In this document: positions 22,205 to 33,101 of the stretch, one piece after another
Layout of the letters: each line of letters opens with the position of its first letter
How positions within the stretch are numbered: position 1 is the first letter of the stretch
Assembly: GCA_963665815.1 (NCBI GenBank)
Contig: OY762463.1
Span: 2,048,001-2,112,000, forward strand
DNA: 64,000 nucleotides
From: Candidatus Cloacimonadales bacterium
Lineage (GTDB): Bacteria > Cloacimonadota > Cloacimonadia > Cloacimonadales > JAIOQZ01
Direction of reading: 5' to 3'
Position numbers and translations under genes: made by a program
Notes under the pieces: generated by a model
Databases searched by the model: none
Told to the model about the DNA's origin: nothing
What the model saw: the letters and a program-made list of their open reading frames with translations, nothing else

Positions 22205-22504
22205 TCAGAAGATTAGCATGTAAAGAAAATAAATTATGAACACGACGTGATATAGAGAAGCAAGCAATATTGCCAATTTTAGCTTTTTCTTATGGTTAAT
22301 ATCTGCGATTTTGTAAATCTTGATCATCTCGAAAATACTTACAACATATGGGTTCTTCTGCATACTTCTAAAATACATAGAATGCTCAGAGCAGAGTTTT
22401 TTGTAGTATTTGATATCCCAAACAAAAATAAACCAACTAATGAAAGCTGAAATCCCTAGAATAATCATTGACATTAACTTAATGTGTTCCATAATATTCC
22501 TCAA
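22205..22504 (-). CDS. Small 2-TM membrane protein, putative immunity
   Basis: Overlaps the CT stop; resembles the 20295 ORF. Confidence 0.65.
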   Translation of the reverse strand: MRNIMEHIKLMSMIILGISAFISWFIFVWDIKYYKKLCSEHSMYFRSMQKNPYVVSIFEMIKIYKIADINHKKKLKLAILLASLYHVVFIIYFLYMLIF

Positions 22505-24105
22505 AACTCTATTGGAGATGTCCAGCTTTTCTCATAATATATTCCATAGTGTATACCTTTACCAAAACTTAGGTTATCACCTTTGAAGGTTTTAACTTCT
22601 GGATTAATATCATATGTGTCCTTTATGTAGTTTAGTTCGTAACCACCTTCAATTTTCAATAAACTACCATTTATCCCAATATTGTCAGTCTTACCCATAA
22701 AAACATCTATATTGTCAGTTCCTTCAAATTCTCCATAGTAGCTACTTATACATAATCCTCCAACTACTCCAGCTCCAAATCCAAATGATTTGAAAAATTT
22801 TGCATCTCCTTTTGTGTTCCAGACGATACCTGCATTCCCTGAAACTGTGAAAAAAGTTGATGCTCTTACTTCAACACCTGAAAATGCAAACTGAGATGTA
22901 ATACCTTTCTTTTTCATTTCATCGATTCCTTTTAAGCCATCACTATAGCACTTTCTATGAATATACAATGTCAAGTGGTCATCGATACTCAAATTTCTCT
23001 TAAGGAATATTGAAGTATTTGTGAAACCTAAAGTATTAGTAATATTAGATTTTAATGTATTATATTCTGGCAGAAACCAGTTAGTATAACATAATGTATT
23101 GTTGTATGCCATAAGATTTTTTTTGTTATCTGTAGATGGTGCTATACCAGAACCATTGGACACATATGTTACAAAACCATTAGGCCAATAAACGAGATAA
23201 TCTCCAACCGTAACAACTCCTTTCCTACTTGGTTTCATATACCATGGAGTATCGTCTTTAGCTTGAGGAGAATTAAACACACTTTCGTTATATCCTGAGT
23301 CCTGACTACTATTGCTGTCTTTTTCAACTAATGGATTTGCAGAACTATCTGTATTGGAATCAGGAATAGCATCAGGATTTTCCTTTTGTTCTTGTGGGGC
23401 TTCTCCACTCCTCCTCCCACTTGTTCTGCTAGCCATAAACTGGTCAACAAGTGAGTTGAAGCTTGAATACATAAATTCTGTGCAAATACTGTTCCAGTTT
23501 GCAACAGATAACGCCAAACAGGCATCCACAAAGGAAGCTGTCTGCTCTGCCAAAGCAAGCTTCTCATTAACCATTGCGGACACTCTTGCGTTCCGCACAT
23601 TTGCTTCCATTAACGCCTCATTCTTAAGTTGCTCATAACTCTTCCAGTGGCCTCCGTCAATTTCTACATTATTCACGGGATTGTTTTCACAGAATACATA
23701 CGGGCTGTCAAACTGCTCTGCCGGGTCTAATGAGTGCCACCTACCTATTTGCGGGTCAAGGAACCGTTTTCCCCAATATATCCAGTTCAAGCCGTGTTCG
23801 TCAATAATTTCTCTGTTTTCTCCAATAAATTTACTGTTCATATACTGGTAGCAAAGCCCCGGTATTCTCATACTGAACGCATAGAAGTTGTTCTGCTGTA
23901 CAGGAAAAGCTGTTCCGCTCTCAGACCTGGCAAATATCACTCTTACATTTCCCATATGGTCTTTCAGTTCATATTCGTATCGCCACTGCTGTTCTCCGAC
24001 CTGAGCTGTAAAGTCTCTTACCTGCCTTCCGAAAGATGTGTTAATTTCAATCTCATCCTCAGAAGCAGTGTCTTCTGCATAGTGAGTATATACAAGACCG
24101 TTCAC
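22501..24105 (-). CDS. Orphan Rhs core + linker B + Gly-rich CT
   Basis: Rhs core motifs; FGFGAGVVGG..GTDNIDV tail. Confidence 0.88.
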   Translation of the reverse strand: MNGLVYTHYAEDTASEDEIEINTSFGRQVRDFTAQVGEQQWRYEYELKDHMGNVRVIFARSESGTAFPVQQNNFYAFSMRIPGLCYQYMNSKFIGENREIIDEHGLNWIYWGKRFLDPQIGRWHSLDPAEQFDSPYVFCENNPVNNVEIDGGHWKSYEQLKNEALMEANVRNARVSAMVNEKLALAEQTASFVDACLALSVANWNSICTEFMYSSFNSLVDQFMASRTSGRRSGEAPQEQKENPDAIPDSNTDSSANPLVEKDSNSSQDSGYNESVFNSPQAKDDTPWYMKPSRKGVVTVGDYLVYWPNGFVTYVSNGSGIAPSTDNKKNLMAYNNTLCYTNWFLPEYNTLKSNITNTLGFTNTSIFLKRNLSIDDHLTLYIHRKCYSDGLKGIDEMKKKGITSQFAFSGVEVRASTFFTVSGNAGIVWNTKGDAKFFKSFGFGAGVVGGLCISSYYGEFEGTDNIDVFMGKTDNIGINGSLLKIEGGYELNYIKDTYDINPEVKTFKGDNLSFGKGIHYGIYYEKSWTSPIEF

Positions 24106-24141
24106 ATAGTTAACTTTCTATACTCATAAGAGCAAATCTCT

Positions 24142-25548
24142 TCAATTAGTCAGCTTGTACTTTCTGAGATATAATCTTGAATCAACGAAGTTGCTATCAG
24201 AATACTCCAGTGAAACACTATAGTAATATCCATCCTTTAATGCACTACCTATCCAATATCCATCTTCGTTTCTTAATTTCCTGCTAAAGAATACTCGATT
24301 GTCTTTGATAATTCCATGCATGAAGTAGTAAACATAAGACTTAAATATTAAATCATCTTCTGCTACTGAAATGTTAAACAACTGATCCTGAACTAAATCC
24401 TCAGTTTCTAACTCAAGTTTTTCATTAATACATAATAAAACTTGTTCCGGATTTATCCAGTAATCTAGATCATCACCTTTCTGATAATATGATTGTGCTT
24501 TTGTACCGGTAACAAATATTCTATCATTGGCTGAGAAAATAGTTAGATCCAGTTCAAGCTGATCGATAGGTTTAAAATTCGTTGTATATGAATCGAAGAA
24601 GTTTATGAACTTAAGGTTAGTTTGAACAATATTTTCTTTTCCCCCATCTCGAGTAGATAGCTTAGCAATGAAAACTCCATTATAACGTGCTGAATAATCC
24701 AGTGATGAAACAAGAATCTTATCTTTTGAGAAGATAAACTCATTCAAGAAATATCCTAATATATACACTTTATCATTTAAACAGGCAATATCAACTCCTG
24801 AATTGAAATTTTTACTCTTGAACTTCCTGAACCATTTCTTCTTTCCATTTGACGAATATTTGCATGCAAACATATTGTTTGTTCTATTATAAGTCAGATT
24901 ATTCTTGAAGGAGGAGTATGTTAATCCTCTCTCAAATGATCCTGTCAAGTATACATTGTCATTTCTATCAAGGCACATACCATGTATCCAACTGAATTCA
25001 TTGAGTACTACTTTTCTCGCCCAGATTAATGCCCCATTTTCAGAAATTTTCATTACAAATGATTGTCTATCATGTAATATAAATCCCAATTTAAGAACCA
25101 ATTCATCATCAAAATACAACTTTCCGGAAAAAGAACCTGATATGATAATGTTATTGTTTGAATCAACAACTATATCTCTGGTATGCAATCTTCCAAACAT
25201 ACGATATAATGTCGTGTAGCCTGATCCTGATTTTACTTTCTTTGTTGTTTTACGTACATATTCTCCATGCAGTTGTTTAATCCATAACACTTTCATAGTG
25301 CTGTCCAGTTTAGCAATAAAGGAACTTCCTGTTTCGGAAGAAGTCAAATTATGATCTCCGATAGAGCTATATCCACCCTCGCAGTTACCGATTATTACAA
25401 TGCTTTTATCGCTCATCACTACAGTTTTCTTTGCTCTGATTCCATGACATTTAATATTTGTTTCTGTTTCTAAAGCTAATGAATAAACATTATAACATGC
25501 AATGATAAAGAAAAATAGAACTGGAATTTTTTTTATTGAATATTTCAC
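24142..25548 (-). CDS. Exported SBBP-like beta-propeller, putative immunity
   Basis: Signal peptide; VDSNNNIIISGSF, LDRNDNVYLTGSF, FIAKL repeats. Confidence 0.78.
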   Translation of the reverse strand: MKYSIKKIPVLFFFIIACYNVYSLALETETNIKCHGIRAKKTVVMSDKSIVIIGNCEGGYSSIGDHNLTSSETGSSFIAKLDSTMKVLWIKQLHGEYVRKTTKKVKSGSGYTTLYRMFGRLHTRDIVVDSNNNIIISGSFSGKLYFDDELVLKLGFILHDRQSFVMKISENGALIWARKVVLNEFSWIHGMCLDRNDNVYLTGSFERGLTYSSFKNNLTYNRTNNMFACKYSSNGKKKWFRKFKSKNFNSGVDIACLNDKVYILGYFLNEFIFSKDKILVSSLDYSARYNGVFIAKLSTRDGGKENIVQTNLKFINFFDSYTTNFKPIDQLELDLTIFSANDRIFVTGTKAQSYYQKGDDLDYWINPEQVLLCINEKLELETEDLVQDQLFNISVAEDDLIFKSYVYYFMHGIIKDNRVFFSRKLRNEDGYWIGSALKDGYYYSVSLEYSDSNFVDSRLYLRKYKLTN

Positions 25549-26531
25549 TGTTCTATCCCCATAATATCGCTCGTATAAAAATCTGTACCCCCACTATTGT
25601 AAGTAGTTCTTTCGGTGAAGAAAATCTTCTGAACATCATTGTCTCTCAGAGTTTTTAACTTTGAATAGTAAGAGCTTTGAGGATCAGCCATAGTTTTATC
25701 ATACCATGAAGTTTTCATGCCAACTTGATTACCCCATGCTTCATCTTCAAGTTGTAATTTTCCCAAAGGTGTGCAGTATAAACGATTATACTCTTGAATT
25801 CCCAACCTCATTAATTGACCAACATGAACATTCTCATGACTAAAGGATTGATAAGGAGTGATCAAAGTTTTTCGGGTAAAAATACTTCCAATAAGAGGTA
25901 TTTTGCTTAACACTGTTGTTTTCTCCTTATTTATATATGTTTTATTATGATTCCATATTACTAAATTCATTCGAACATGTACTCCATTCACGTTGGATTT
26001 AGCGAGTGTTGAATTTATTCCAGTACGTCCGAAAAATCTCCCATCACAATATCCTAGTCCAGTACTTAAGTCATTCACTAGTGTGTTATAGTTTTTATCA
26101 GTTCCCTTAAGGCAAGTTTCTACGATTGTATCTACAAGTGCTTCAGCATAATCGGTTGAGATTTGATTGCCTACTCCAAAAACATTTATATTATCTATGT
26201 TAAGGTTGTCCAATATTAGCTCTCCATTTCTTGTTTTACCTTCGAGTTTCTTCTTCACTTCATCCCTCACATATTCAGTGGCGTATTCATTGTATGTTCT
26301 ATCATTTATACTATTACTTGCAAGTTCAATTTTTTGTTTCTTAACCCCACTTGTAGTGTTTCCTTTTTCTTTCTTCTTCTCCGCTTTCTTCCTTTTCTCA
26401 GTTGGGTAACCTGCCCAGGCTTCAAGCCCACCACAGGCATCTACTTCTTCTAATCTACAATTCATTTCAAACTCAGCAACATCATCCCATCCATTACTAC
26501 CAGTGTATATTCCCCTGAACCCCCGGTACAA
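25545..26531 (-). CDS. Orphan Rhs-CT (linker A) with HExxH domain
   Basis: QEQYAKLQSLYRGFRG linker upstream; FSHENVH; homologous to the 13349 CT. Confidence 0.8.
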   Translation of the reverse strand: MYRGFRGIYTGSNGWDDVAEFEMNCRLEEVDACGGLEAWAGYPTEKRKKAEKKKEKGNTTSGVKKQKIELASNSINDRTYNEYATEYVRDEVKKKLEGKTRNGELILDNLNIDNINVFGVGNQISTDYAEALVDTIVETCLKGTDKNYNTLVNDLSTGLGYCDGRFFGRTGINSTLAKSNVNGVHVRMNLVIWNHNKTYINKEKTTVLSKIPLIGSIFTRKTLITPYQSFSHENVHVGQLMRLGIQEYNRLYCTPLGKLQLEDEAWGNQVGMKTSWYDKTMADPQSSYYSKLKTLRDNDVQKIFFTERTTYNSGGTDFYTSDIMGIEQ

Positions 26532-26590
26532 ACTTTGTAATTTAGCATACTGCTCCTGACGATATGATAATGAGAGTGCTCCGTCAAGCT

Positions 26591-26674
26591 ATGAGCTCGC
26601 AGGACGAAGTCCGAGAGTCTCACCTCCGAAATTCGTAGGATGTAATCCGAGAATCATAGGAGGCACATTACTTT
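26591..26674. repeat. Tandem-hairpin element, copy 2
   Basis: Replaces the Rhs core between the RFL and LDG codons. Confidence 0.85.
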
Positions 26675-26775
26675 TCAAGGAACCGTTTTCCCCAATATAT
26701 CCAGTTCAAGCCGTGTTCGTCAATAATTTCTCTGTTTTTCAAAACCTGGAGAAGATAAAGCCTTCACGTGGCAGG

Positions 26776-28611
26776 CTATTGTTGATTTCTTACTTCCTTA
26801 AGCTTCTCTAAGAATTCAAGTTCCTCATCATAGGATTTGAATGAGCGTGAAATGTTTATTTCGAAATCAAGATTATTAATAAAAGGCATATCAAGTATTT
26901 CATTTATATCAATATCGTTTACATCATTTAAACTAAGACTCTTTAAATTAATTAGGAAACTTAATGCTTCTATACCTTCAAGGGGATTTTCTGATAATGC
27001 GAGTCCTTTCAGATTCCTCATTTTACGCAAGAAATCAATATTTGATATATTGTTATACCCTAGACTAAGTGACAATAATGCTTTAGTGTCTTCTGGATTC
27101 ATTATGCATTCAATTCGATTCTCTGATGCATATAGAAATTTTAAACTATATAGATTTCTCAAATTAACTATTTTTAGATTATTTCTCGACAATAACATTT
27201 CACGGATTTTGTTATCGGGTACGAAATTTCCCATTTCTCTTATTTTACTTCCTTGAATCTTTATGTACTCTAAAGAAGGACAAGAATTAAGACCATCAAT
27301 ATTAACAATATTTGAACCATCCAAATTTAGATTTTGAAATGAGAAAAGGTTTGAAAAATCAGGGATATAATCAATTTTGGATTGTTCAATTTCAACTTCC
27401 TTTAAGTCTGTTAGTGCAATCAATTCTTTTATATTTTCCAGTTCTGTATTATTTCCTGCATTTTGGAAATTAATGTAAGAATTAGCCATCCACCTATCCT
27501 TATAGTAAACTATCCTTTTTAAATTTTTCATATACTTAATTCCCTTTATGCTTTTACATTTGAAAAGTTGCAATGTAGAATCAAGTTTATCAAAACCGTC
27601 AACAGAAGGGTGTCTGCAAAGAAGTATATCATTTATATTCTGCAAGTCAGAAGGATAAAGATCACGATCATGTATATCAACTAAATCTCGAACAAAATTC
27701 TCAAACACATCATCATCAAACCTTATTGGTTTCTCTTTCTCCCATAGAACTACAGATTTGTTTTGAAACCATATCCATTCAAGTGAGTCTAATGATGAAA
27801 GTGACTTTATATCTTCAACAGGATTGTTGTTTACCCAAATTTCAAGCATTTTTTTGCATTTCAGTAATGGCTTAATACTATTTATTCTATTATTATCCAA
27901 CCATACATAAAGTAATTCAGGATTATTACCAAGAGTTGAGATGTCCTTAATGTTATTGTTCTGAAGATTGACATCAATCAATTCTGTTAAACTTGAGATT
28001 CCGTAAATGTCCTCAATATCATTAAAGGCTGCACTTAATTTCTGGAGCCTCCTGTTCTTCATTTTTACACTAATTTTTCTGATATTGTTATGATTCAAAC
28101 TAAGTACTCTCAGTTTTTTTAATTTTCGCAAGGGTGAAATATCTTCAATAAGATTATCATCAAGATATAGCTCCTCAAGCTTGTGAAGTTTACTTAATGG
28201 AGAAATGTCCTTAATGTTATTCCCTCTTAAGTCGAGGTACTTTAAATTTTTCAAACTATTAAGAAACCTGATATCTGTAATCTCATTGCTTGCCAGCGAA
28301 AGATGCTCTGTTGACTTTAGATTCTTGATTCCATTAAGGTCATCAATACTCATGCAATCCAGAATTAACGTATCTATTTCTGAGAACTTCTTTAGACCTT
28401 CTAAGGACTTAATCCTGTTTCTTGATAGATTTAGATATGATAGATCGCTGGAATCAATATCATCAAAGTTGATAAGATCCTTGTGTATCTTTGCTATTCT
28501 TCTGTTATCGTTATCTAATTCTGAGACACTGAAGCTTCCACAGAAAAGTTGAGTAGCTGATAATAGAAATAATAGCATTACAACAGATTTTATTCTTTTT
28601 ATGTTTTTCAT
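26776..28611 (-). CDS. Exported internalin-like LRR protein, putative immunity
   Basis: Signal peptide; many LxxLxLxxNxIxDIxxL repeats. Confidence 0.88.
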   Translation of the reverse strand: MKNIKRIKSVVMLLFLLSATQLFCGSFSVSELDNDNRRIAKIHKDLINFDDIDSSDLSYLNLSRNRIKSLEGLKKFSEIDTLILDCMSIDDLNGIKNLKSTEHLSLASNEITDIRFLNSLKNLKYLDLRGNNIKDISPLSKLHKLEELYLDDNLIEDISPLRKLKKLRVLSLNHNNIRKISVKMKNRRLQKLSAAFNDIEDIYGISSLTELIDVNLQNNNIKDISTLGNNPELLYVWLDNNRINSIKPLLKCKKMLEIWVNNNPVEDIKSLSSLDSLEWIWFQNKSVVLWEKEKPIRFDDDVFENFVRDLVDIHDRDLYPSDLQNINDILLCRHPSVDGFDKLDSTLQLFKCKSIKGIKYMKNLKRIVYYKDRWMANSYINFQNAGNNTELENIKELIALTDLKEVEIEQSKIDYIPDFSNLFSFQNLNLDGSNIVNIDGLNSCPSLEYIKIQGSKIREMGNFVPDNKIREMLLSRNNLKIVNLRNLYSLKFLYASENRIECIMNPEDTKALLSLSLGYNNISNIDFLRKMRNLKGLALSENPLEGIEALSFLINLKSLSLNDVNDIDINEILDMPFINNLDFEINISRSFKSYDEELEFLEKLKEVRNQQ

Positions 28612-28624
28612 CTATTCCTCTTTT

Positions 28625-30334
28625 TTATTTGAAATTCTCATCAAGGAAATTTTTCATCCATTCACGTGATTCCCTAAACCTCCTTTGCGAGGCCCTATGT
28701 CGTTCCAAGTAAAACTCAGGTAATCTTTGATGTATATCAGGTACCGTGTATGAATCTACTGATTTATAGGAGTACATAAATCTTGCATTGTCTAGCAAAG
28801 ATGGGGCAATAATTTTAGATATTCTTATACATGTGTCCCTTTCATACATATCTGGAAAATCTTCTTCCTTGAAATTAGGATGAGTTTGAAAACAATATAC
28901 AGGAAGTTGATGTTGGGCTTCATGACTCCATTCATGCATGTACATATCTTGTGGTGACCTACTTACATCAGGTGCAGTTCCTGATATTGAAGACCAGTTA
29001 TCCTCATTACTGAAACCATATGCTTTTGTCTGTGACCATCTAATTACAGTCATAGATATTTCAGGATGTCCAGGATTTGGTATGGACCACCATGAAGATT
29101 CTTTTGCTGATGGAGGAACATCTCTTCCATAATTATCTGGATTCAAGAGTAAAAGTGCATTATAGATTTTCTGAGTTTCTCCATTCCCTAAATCTATGGT
29201 TTTAGTCGTCAACGTATTGGCAGCTACTATATTCAACGGATCTTTCAAGAATGCTTCGATAGTCGCAATAACTTGTATATCAATCTGGTCCTCGGTCATT
29301 TCTCCTATTATATGAACTCTTTTCAAAAAGTTATCGAACTGAATGTTTGGGAAATGCTCATCAAGCAAGGGCTTAATTTTGTCTTTGAAACTTCTTGTTG
29401 CTTCTTTGTTCAAATCTGCACCATATAAATTAGTATTAACTCCATTTTCACCTCTTCTTGCCCCTTGAGCTCCTTCCTCCTCAGCTTTCCCCTTTTTCTT
29501 ATCCTTTATTGCACTTCTTCCAGCAGTCACCCAAAGCAACCAGTGCCCAGACTCTTGTATCTCTCTATCCATCATTTGCTCAAACTCTGCAACATCATTC
29601 CATCCATTACTATCAGTGTATATTCCCCTGAATCCCCGGTACAAACTTTGTAATTTAGCATACTGCTCCTGATGATATGATAATGAGATTGCTCCGTCCA
29701 GCTCTACAAAGTTTGCAGGATTGTTACCGCAATATACATACGGACTGTCAAACTGCTCTGCCGGGTCAAGAGAGTGCCACCTACCTATTTGCGGGTCAAG
29801 GAACCGTTTTCCCCAATATATCCAGTTCAAGCCGTGTTCGTCAATAATTTCTCTGTTTTTTCCAATAAATCTGTACTCCGTACTCTGGCTGCAGAGCATC
29901 GGTACTTTCATACCAAACGGATAGAATGTGTTTTTCTGGATTACCAGAGCTGTACCGTCAGTATTCTCGGTAAACACTACCCGGATATTGCCAAGGTGGT
30001 CTTTAAGTTCATATTCGTATCGCCACTGCTGTTCTCCGACCTGAGCTGTAAAGTCTCTTACCTGCCTTCCGAAAGATGTGTTAATTACAATCTCATCCTC
30101 AGAAGCAGTGTCTTCTGCATAGTGAGTATATACAAGACCGTTCACATAGTTAACTTTCTGGGTTACTCTGTCGTCTGCTGTAACTATCTTCTGCAGTCTT
30201 TCTCCCGTTGCAGAATACACAAAGCGGATTCTGTTCTTCATGTCGTCCGCACCGTCCGTGCGTTTTATCATCAGTTCCGGGAGATTAAACAGATTGTAGC
30301 GGATATCAAATCCCTTGTTCCTGTCTTTAATCAT
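28625..30334 (-). CDS. Orphan Rhs core + linker A + HExxH CT
   Basis: Core near-identical to the main Rhs; MHEWSHE. Confidence 0.9.
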   Translation of the reverse strand: MIKDRNKGFDIRYNLFNLPELMIKRTDGADDMKNRIRFVYSATGERLQKIVTADDRVTQKVNYVNGLVYTHYAEDTASEDEIVINTSFGRQVRDFTAQVGEQQWRYEYELKDHLGNIRVVFTENTDGTALVIQKNTFYPFGMKVPMLCSQSTEYRFIGKNREIIDEHGLNWIYWGKRFLDPQIGRWHSLDPAEQFDSPYVYCGNNPANFVELDGAISLSYHQEQYAKLQSLYRGFRGIYTDSNGWNDVAEFEQMMDREIQESGHWLLWVTAGRSAIKDKKKGKAEEEGAQGARRGENGVNTNLYGADLNKEATRSFKDKIKPLLDEHFPNIQFDNFLKRVHIIGEMTEDQIDIQVIATIEAFLKDPLNIVAANTLTTKTIDLGNGETQKIYNALLLLNPDNYGRDVPPSAKESSWWSIPNPGHPEISMTVIRWSQTKAYGFSNEDNWSSISGTAPDVSRSPQDMYMHEWSHEAQHQLPVYCFQTHPNFKEEDFPDMYERDTCIRISKIIAPSLLDNARFMYSYKSVDSYTVPDIHQRLPEFYLERHRASQRRFRESREWMKNFLDENFK

Positions 30335-30458
30335 GTTACCGTTTGAGTCGTACAGGTTTTCGTCTTCCGTACTGCTGCTGAATCCGTCTATAAAGCCTGT
30401 TCCTGTTACAGAAGCATTGTCTGTAACACCAATAAGCCTGTTGCCGCTGTAGGAGTAA
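29625..30458. repeat. Near-identical copy of the main Rhs core 3' region (about 36830-37664)
   Basis: Direct visual DNA match over about 830 bp. Confidence 0.9.
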
Positions 30459-30499
30459 GTGGTAGCAAAAGAAAAGCCTGCACAAGTCAGGCTTTGGAT

Positions 30500-33088
30500 T
30501 TATCTGTATCTTATTCTTTCATCTTGTTCTGCAATTTTTTTTGATTCCTCATCCAGAGGATTTCCATATAGATTCAGTGTAAAATCCTCTGTTTCTGGAA
30601 TTTTTTCCTCAAACCCACGTATTGACTCAATATAGTTGTCTTGTAGGCTCAATACTTCCAAATTTTTCAACTCCGAAAAATCAGGTATTGACTTGAGCCC
30701 AGTGTTCCTCAGACCCAAGAATTTGAGACTGGTAAGTTTGCTAAGTGTATTTGTGTTCATTAATGGATAGCTAGAGAAACATATTAACTCAAGTTTTGAG
30801 GAATTGTTCACTTCCGGAATATAGTAAATTCTATTATTGCTGAACTCAAGTTTTCTGGGTGCGTGAAACTCTGAGAATGTTAGTGGAGATAGATCCGAAA
30901 TATTATTATCAAATAGTATCATCTCATCAATAGAATATCCCAATGCCAGATTCGTAATATCATTAATCTTATTTGAATGAAGATCCAGAATACTAAGATT
31001 AGTAATCCCTTTTATGAAAGGAACCTCAAACAAATTATTACTTCCTAATCTTATATTTCTTAAGCATGTCAAAGTGTTTAATCCTGTTATACTACTAATA
31101 ATATTTTTCCCTGCTTGTAATAATTTCAACATTGGCAAGTTATAATTGAAATGAAGTTCATGTATTCTGTTACCGAAAACATCAAGGAAGAAAAGTGAAT
31201 CCAAAGAAGTAATATGTTTAATTGAAGAAATGTTATTGAATGATAATGATAAACTCTTTAATCTTCTCATTTCAGAAATTTTAGCTTTTTCAATTAGGTT
31301 GTACTCGAAACTCAAACTTTTAAGCTGCGATTTACTGTCCTGCAAAACAATCTTTCTGAGAGGAGAATAATGGATTTCTAGCTTATCAATGTATGGGGAT
31401 AGCATTTTATCATCAATATTCCTTAAATATACTCTTGATAGGTATAACTCTCTAAGATTTCTGTTTTGTCTAAGGCTTTTTAGATTCTTTAATTTTACAC
31501 CACCTAAAGCTACATATCTTAAACTCTCCATGTGTCTTAAATCAGGAACTTCTCTTAATGCAGGTATTGCTAAATCCAGCATTTCCAAATTTGAGAGAGC
31601 TTTTAGCTCAGGTAAGTACTCAATACACTTGCTTGCAATATAATATTCCTCACTTCCAATTACAAGAACCTTAAGGTTACTCATATATTTTAGTATAGAC
31701 AAGTCAGTGTATTTGCTTACATCTGATACAATTCCAAGTTCAATTATTCTTTCATTTAACTCAATTGAATTGAAACGACTCAATAAGTATCTATTTTTTG
31801 ATAACTCTACACGTCGAATTTTTGCATCATTTCTTTTATACCATTCGATAACTTTATTTTTTTTATACCATTCGTTATCTTCATTCACAAGAACTAGAAC
31901 TTCAATACTTTCTAAATCCGCTATTTCCATTGCTTTTGAGGAGTCTATCATGCACCTTCTAAGCATTTTCCCAAGTTCAGTTTCTCTTGACCGTATCCAG
32001 TCTTTATCAGTTTCAGCGTAGTTTCGATTATCAAACCAGATCCATTCTGCTTTAACTTTTTTCAGATCATTCTCTTGAATTGGATTATCATGAAGCCAGA
32101 CCTCTTTCATTTCTCTAAGATTATTGAGCGCATCAAGGTTGTTTACTTTGTTATGATTCAGGTATAGATATCGAAGTTTACTTATATTAGACGCCGGTAA
32201 CAAATCAGAAACTCGATTGTTGTTTAAGTCAATGGTTTTCAATATCTTGAGATTTTGAAGACCTGAAATATCTGCTATTCTGTTGAACGGAGCTCTTATT
32301 TCCTCAATCTTCAGATTCGAGGCTATCTGAGAAAATGATACAATCTCATTATTGCCTATGTGTAGTATTTCCAAGTTCGGTAAGTCATTAAGGAATGACA
32401 AGTCAGCTATATTATTATCACTCAGATATAGTTCTTTAAGTTGAGGAAGGCTTGATAGGAAAGAAACATCTTTCAAGTCGTTTCCAGAAAGATCTAGATA
32501 TTCAAGATTAATAAGATTGGTGATGAAGTCAATATCTTGAATATCATTTGCTGCCATAGACAAATGAGTTAACTGAGTTAAATTTCCTAAAGGAGTAAAG
32601 TCTTCAGCACAAATTGCATCCAGATAGAGTTGTCGCAAATTATCGCAATCGGAAAGTACCCTAAGATCCATAATTTTACTTCTTGAAAGATTTAAGGAAA
32701 CTAATTGATGAATCAGGGGGAAATCTGGTATTCCAGATATAAGGCTACCCTCAAGATTAAGATGCTTTAGATTCTTAAAGTCTTGTAGTTGTAATAAGGA
32801 AAATACTTCCGGATAACCTTCATTGTAAGAAAACGTATAATCAAGATTCTCAATTTGTGGTAAACTACTTATTAACTCTAGATCAGGAAGCCCATACTCA
32901 ATTAAATAGTTCATGTTAACATCTCGGATAGAGTTCTTGTGGATCAGAAAATCAGATTCATTAAGTATTTCATTACGCAGAATACAAAGATATTCCCTTA
33001 ATTTATTGTTATTCAATGCATTACCGTTTACTGTAAGTGCTAGCATAAGCACAATACAAAACAGATTCATTTTTTTAAATATCATCAT
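30500..33088 (-). CDS. Exported internalin-like LRR protein, putative immunity
   Basis: Start reassigned to the ATG after AAGGAG; signal peptide; LRRs. Confidence 0.88.
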   Translation of the reverse strand: MMIFKKMNLFCIVLMLALTVNGNALNNNKLREYLCILRNEILNESDFLIHKNSIRDVNMNYLIEYGLPDLELISSLPQIENLDYTFSYNEGYPEVFSLLQLQDFKNLKHLNLEGSLISGIPDFPLIHQLVSLNLSRSKIMDLRVLSDCDNLRQLYLDAICAEDFTPLGNLTQLTHLSMAANDIQDIDFITNLINLEYLDLSGNDLKDVSFLSSLPQLKELYLSDNNIADLSFLNDLPNLEILHIGNNEIVSFSQIASNLKIEEIRAPFNRIADISGLQNLKILKTIDLNNNRVSDLLPASNISKLRYLYLNHNKVNNLDALNNLREMKEVWLHDNPIQENDLKKVKAEWIWFDNRNYAETDKDWIRSRETELGKMLRRCMIDSSKAMEIADLESIEVLVLVNEDNEWYKKNKVIEWYKRNDAKIRRVELSKNRYLLSRFNSIELNERIIELGIVSDVSKYTDLSILKYMSNLKVLVIGSEEYYIASKCIEYLPELKALSNLEMLDLAIPALREVPDLRHMESLRYVALGGVKLKNLKSLRQNRNLRELYLSRVYLRNIDDKMLSPYIDKLEIHYSPLRKIVLQDSKSQLKSLSFEYNLIEKAKISEMRRLKSLSLSFNNISSIKHITSLDSLFFLDVFGNRIHELHFNYNLPMLKLLQAGKNIISSITGLNTLTCLRNIRLGSNNLFEVPFIKGITNLSILDLHSNKINDITNLALGYSIDEMILFDNNISDLSPLTFSEFHAPRKLEFSNNRIYYIPEVNNSSKLELICFSSYPLMNTNTLSKLTSLKFLGLRNTGLKSIPDFSELKNLEVLSLQDNYIESIRGFEEKIPETEDFTLNLYGNPLDEESKKIAEQDERIRYR

Positions 33089-33101
33089 TTTTGCTCCTTG
33101 A

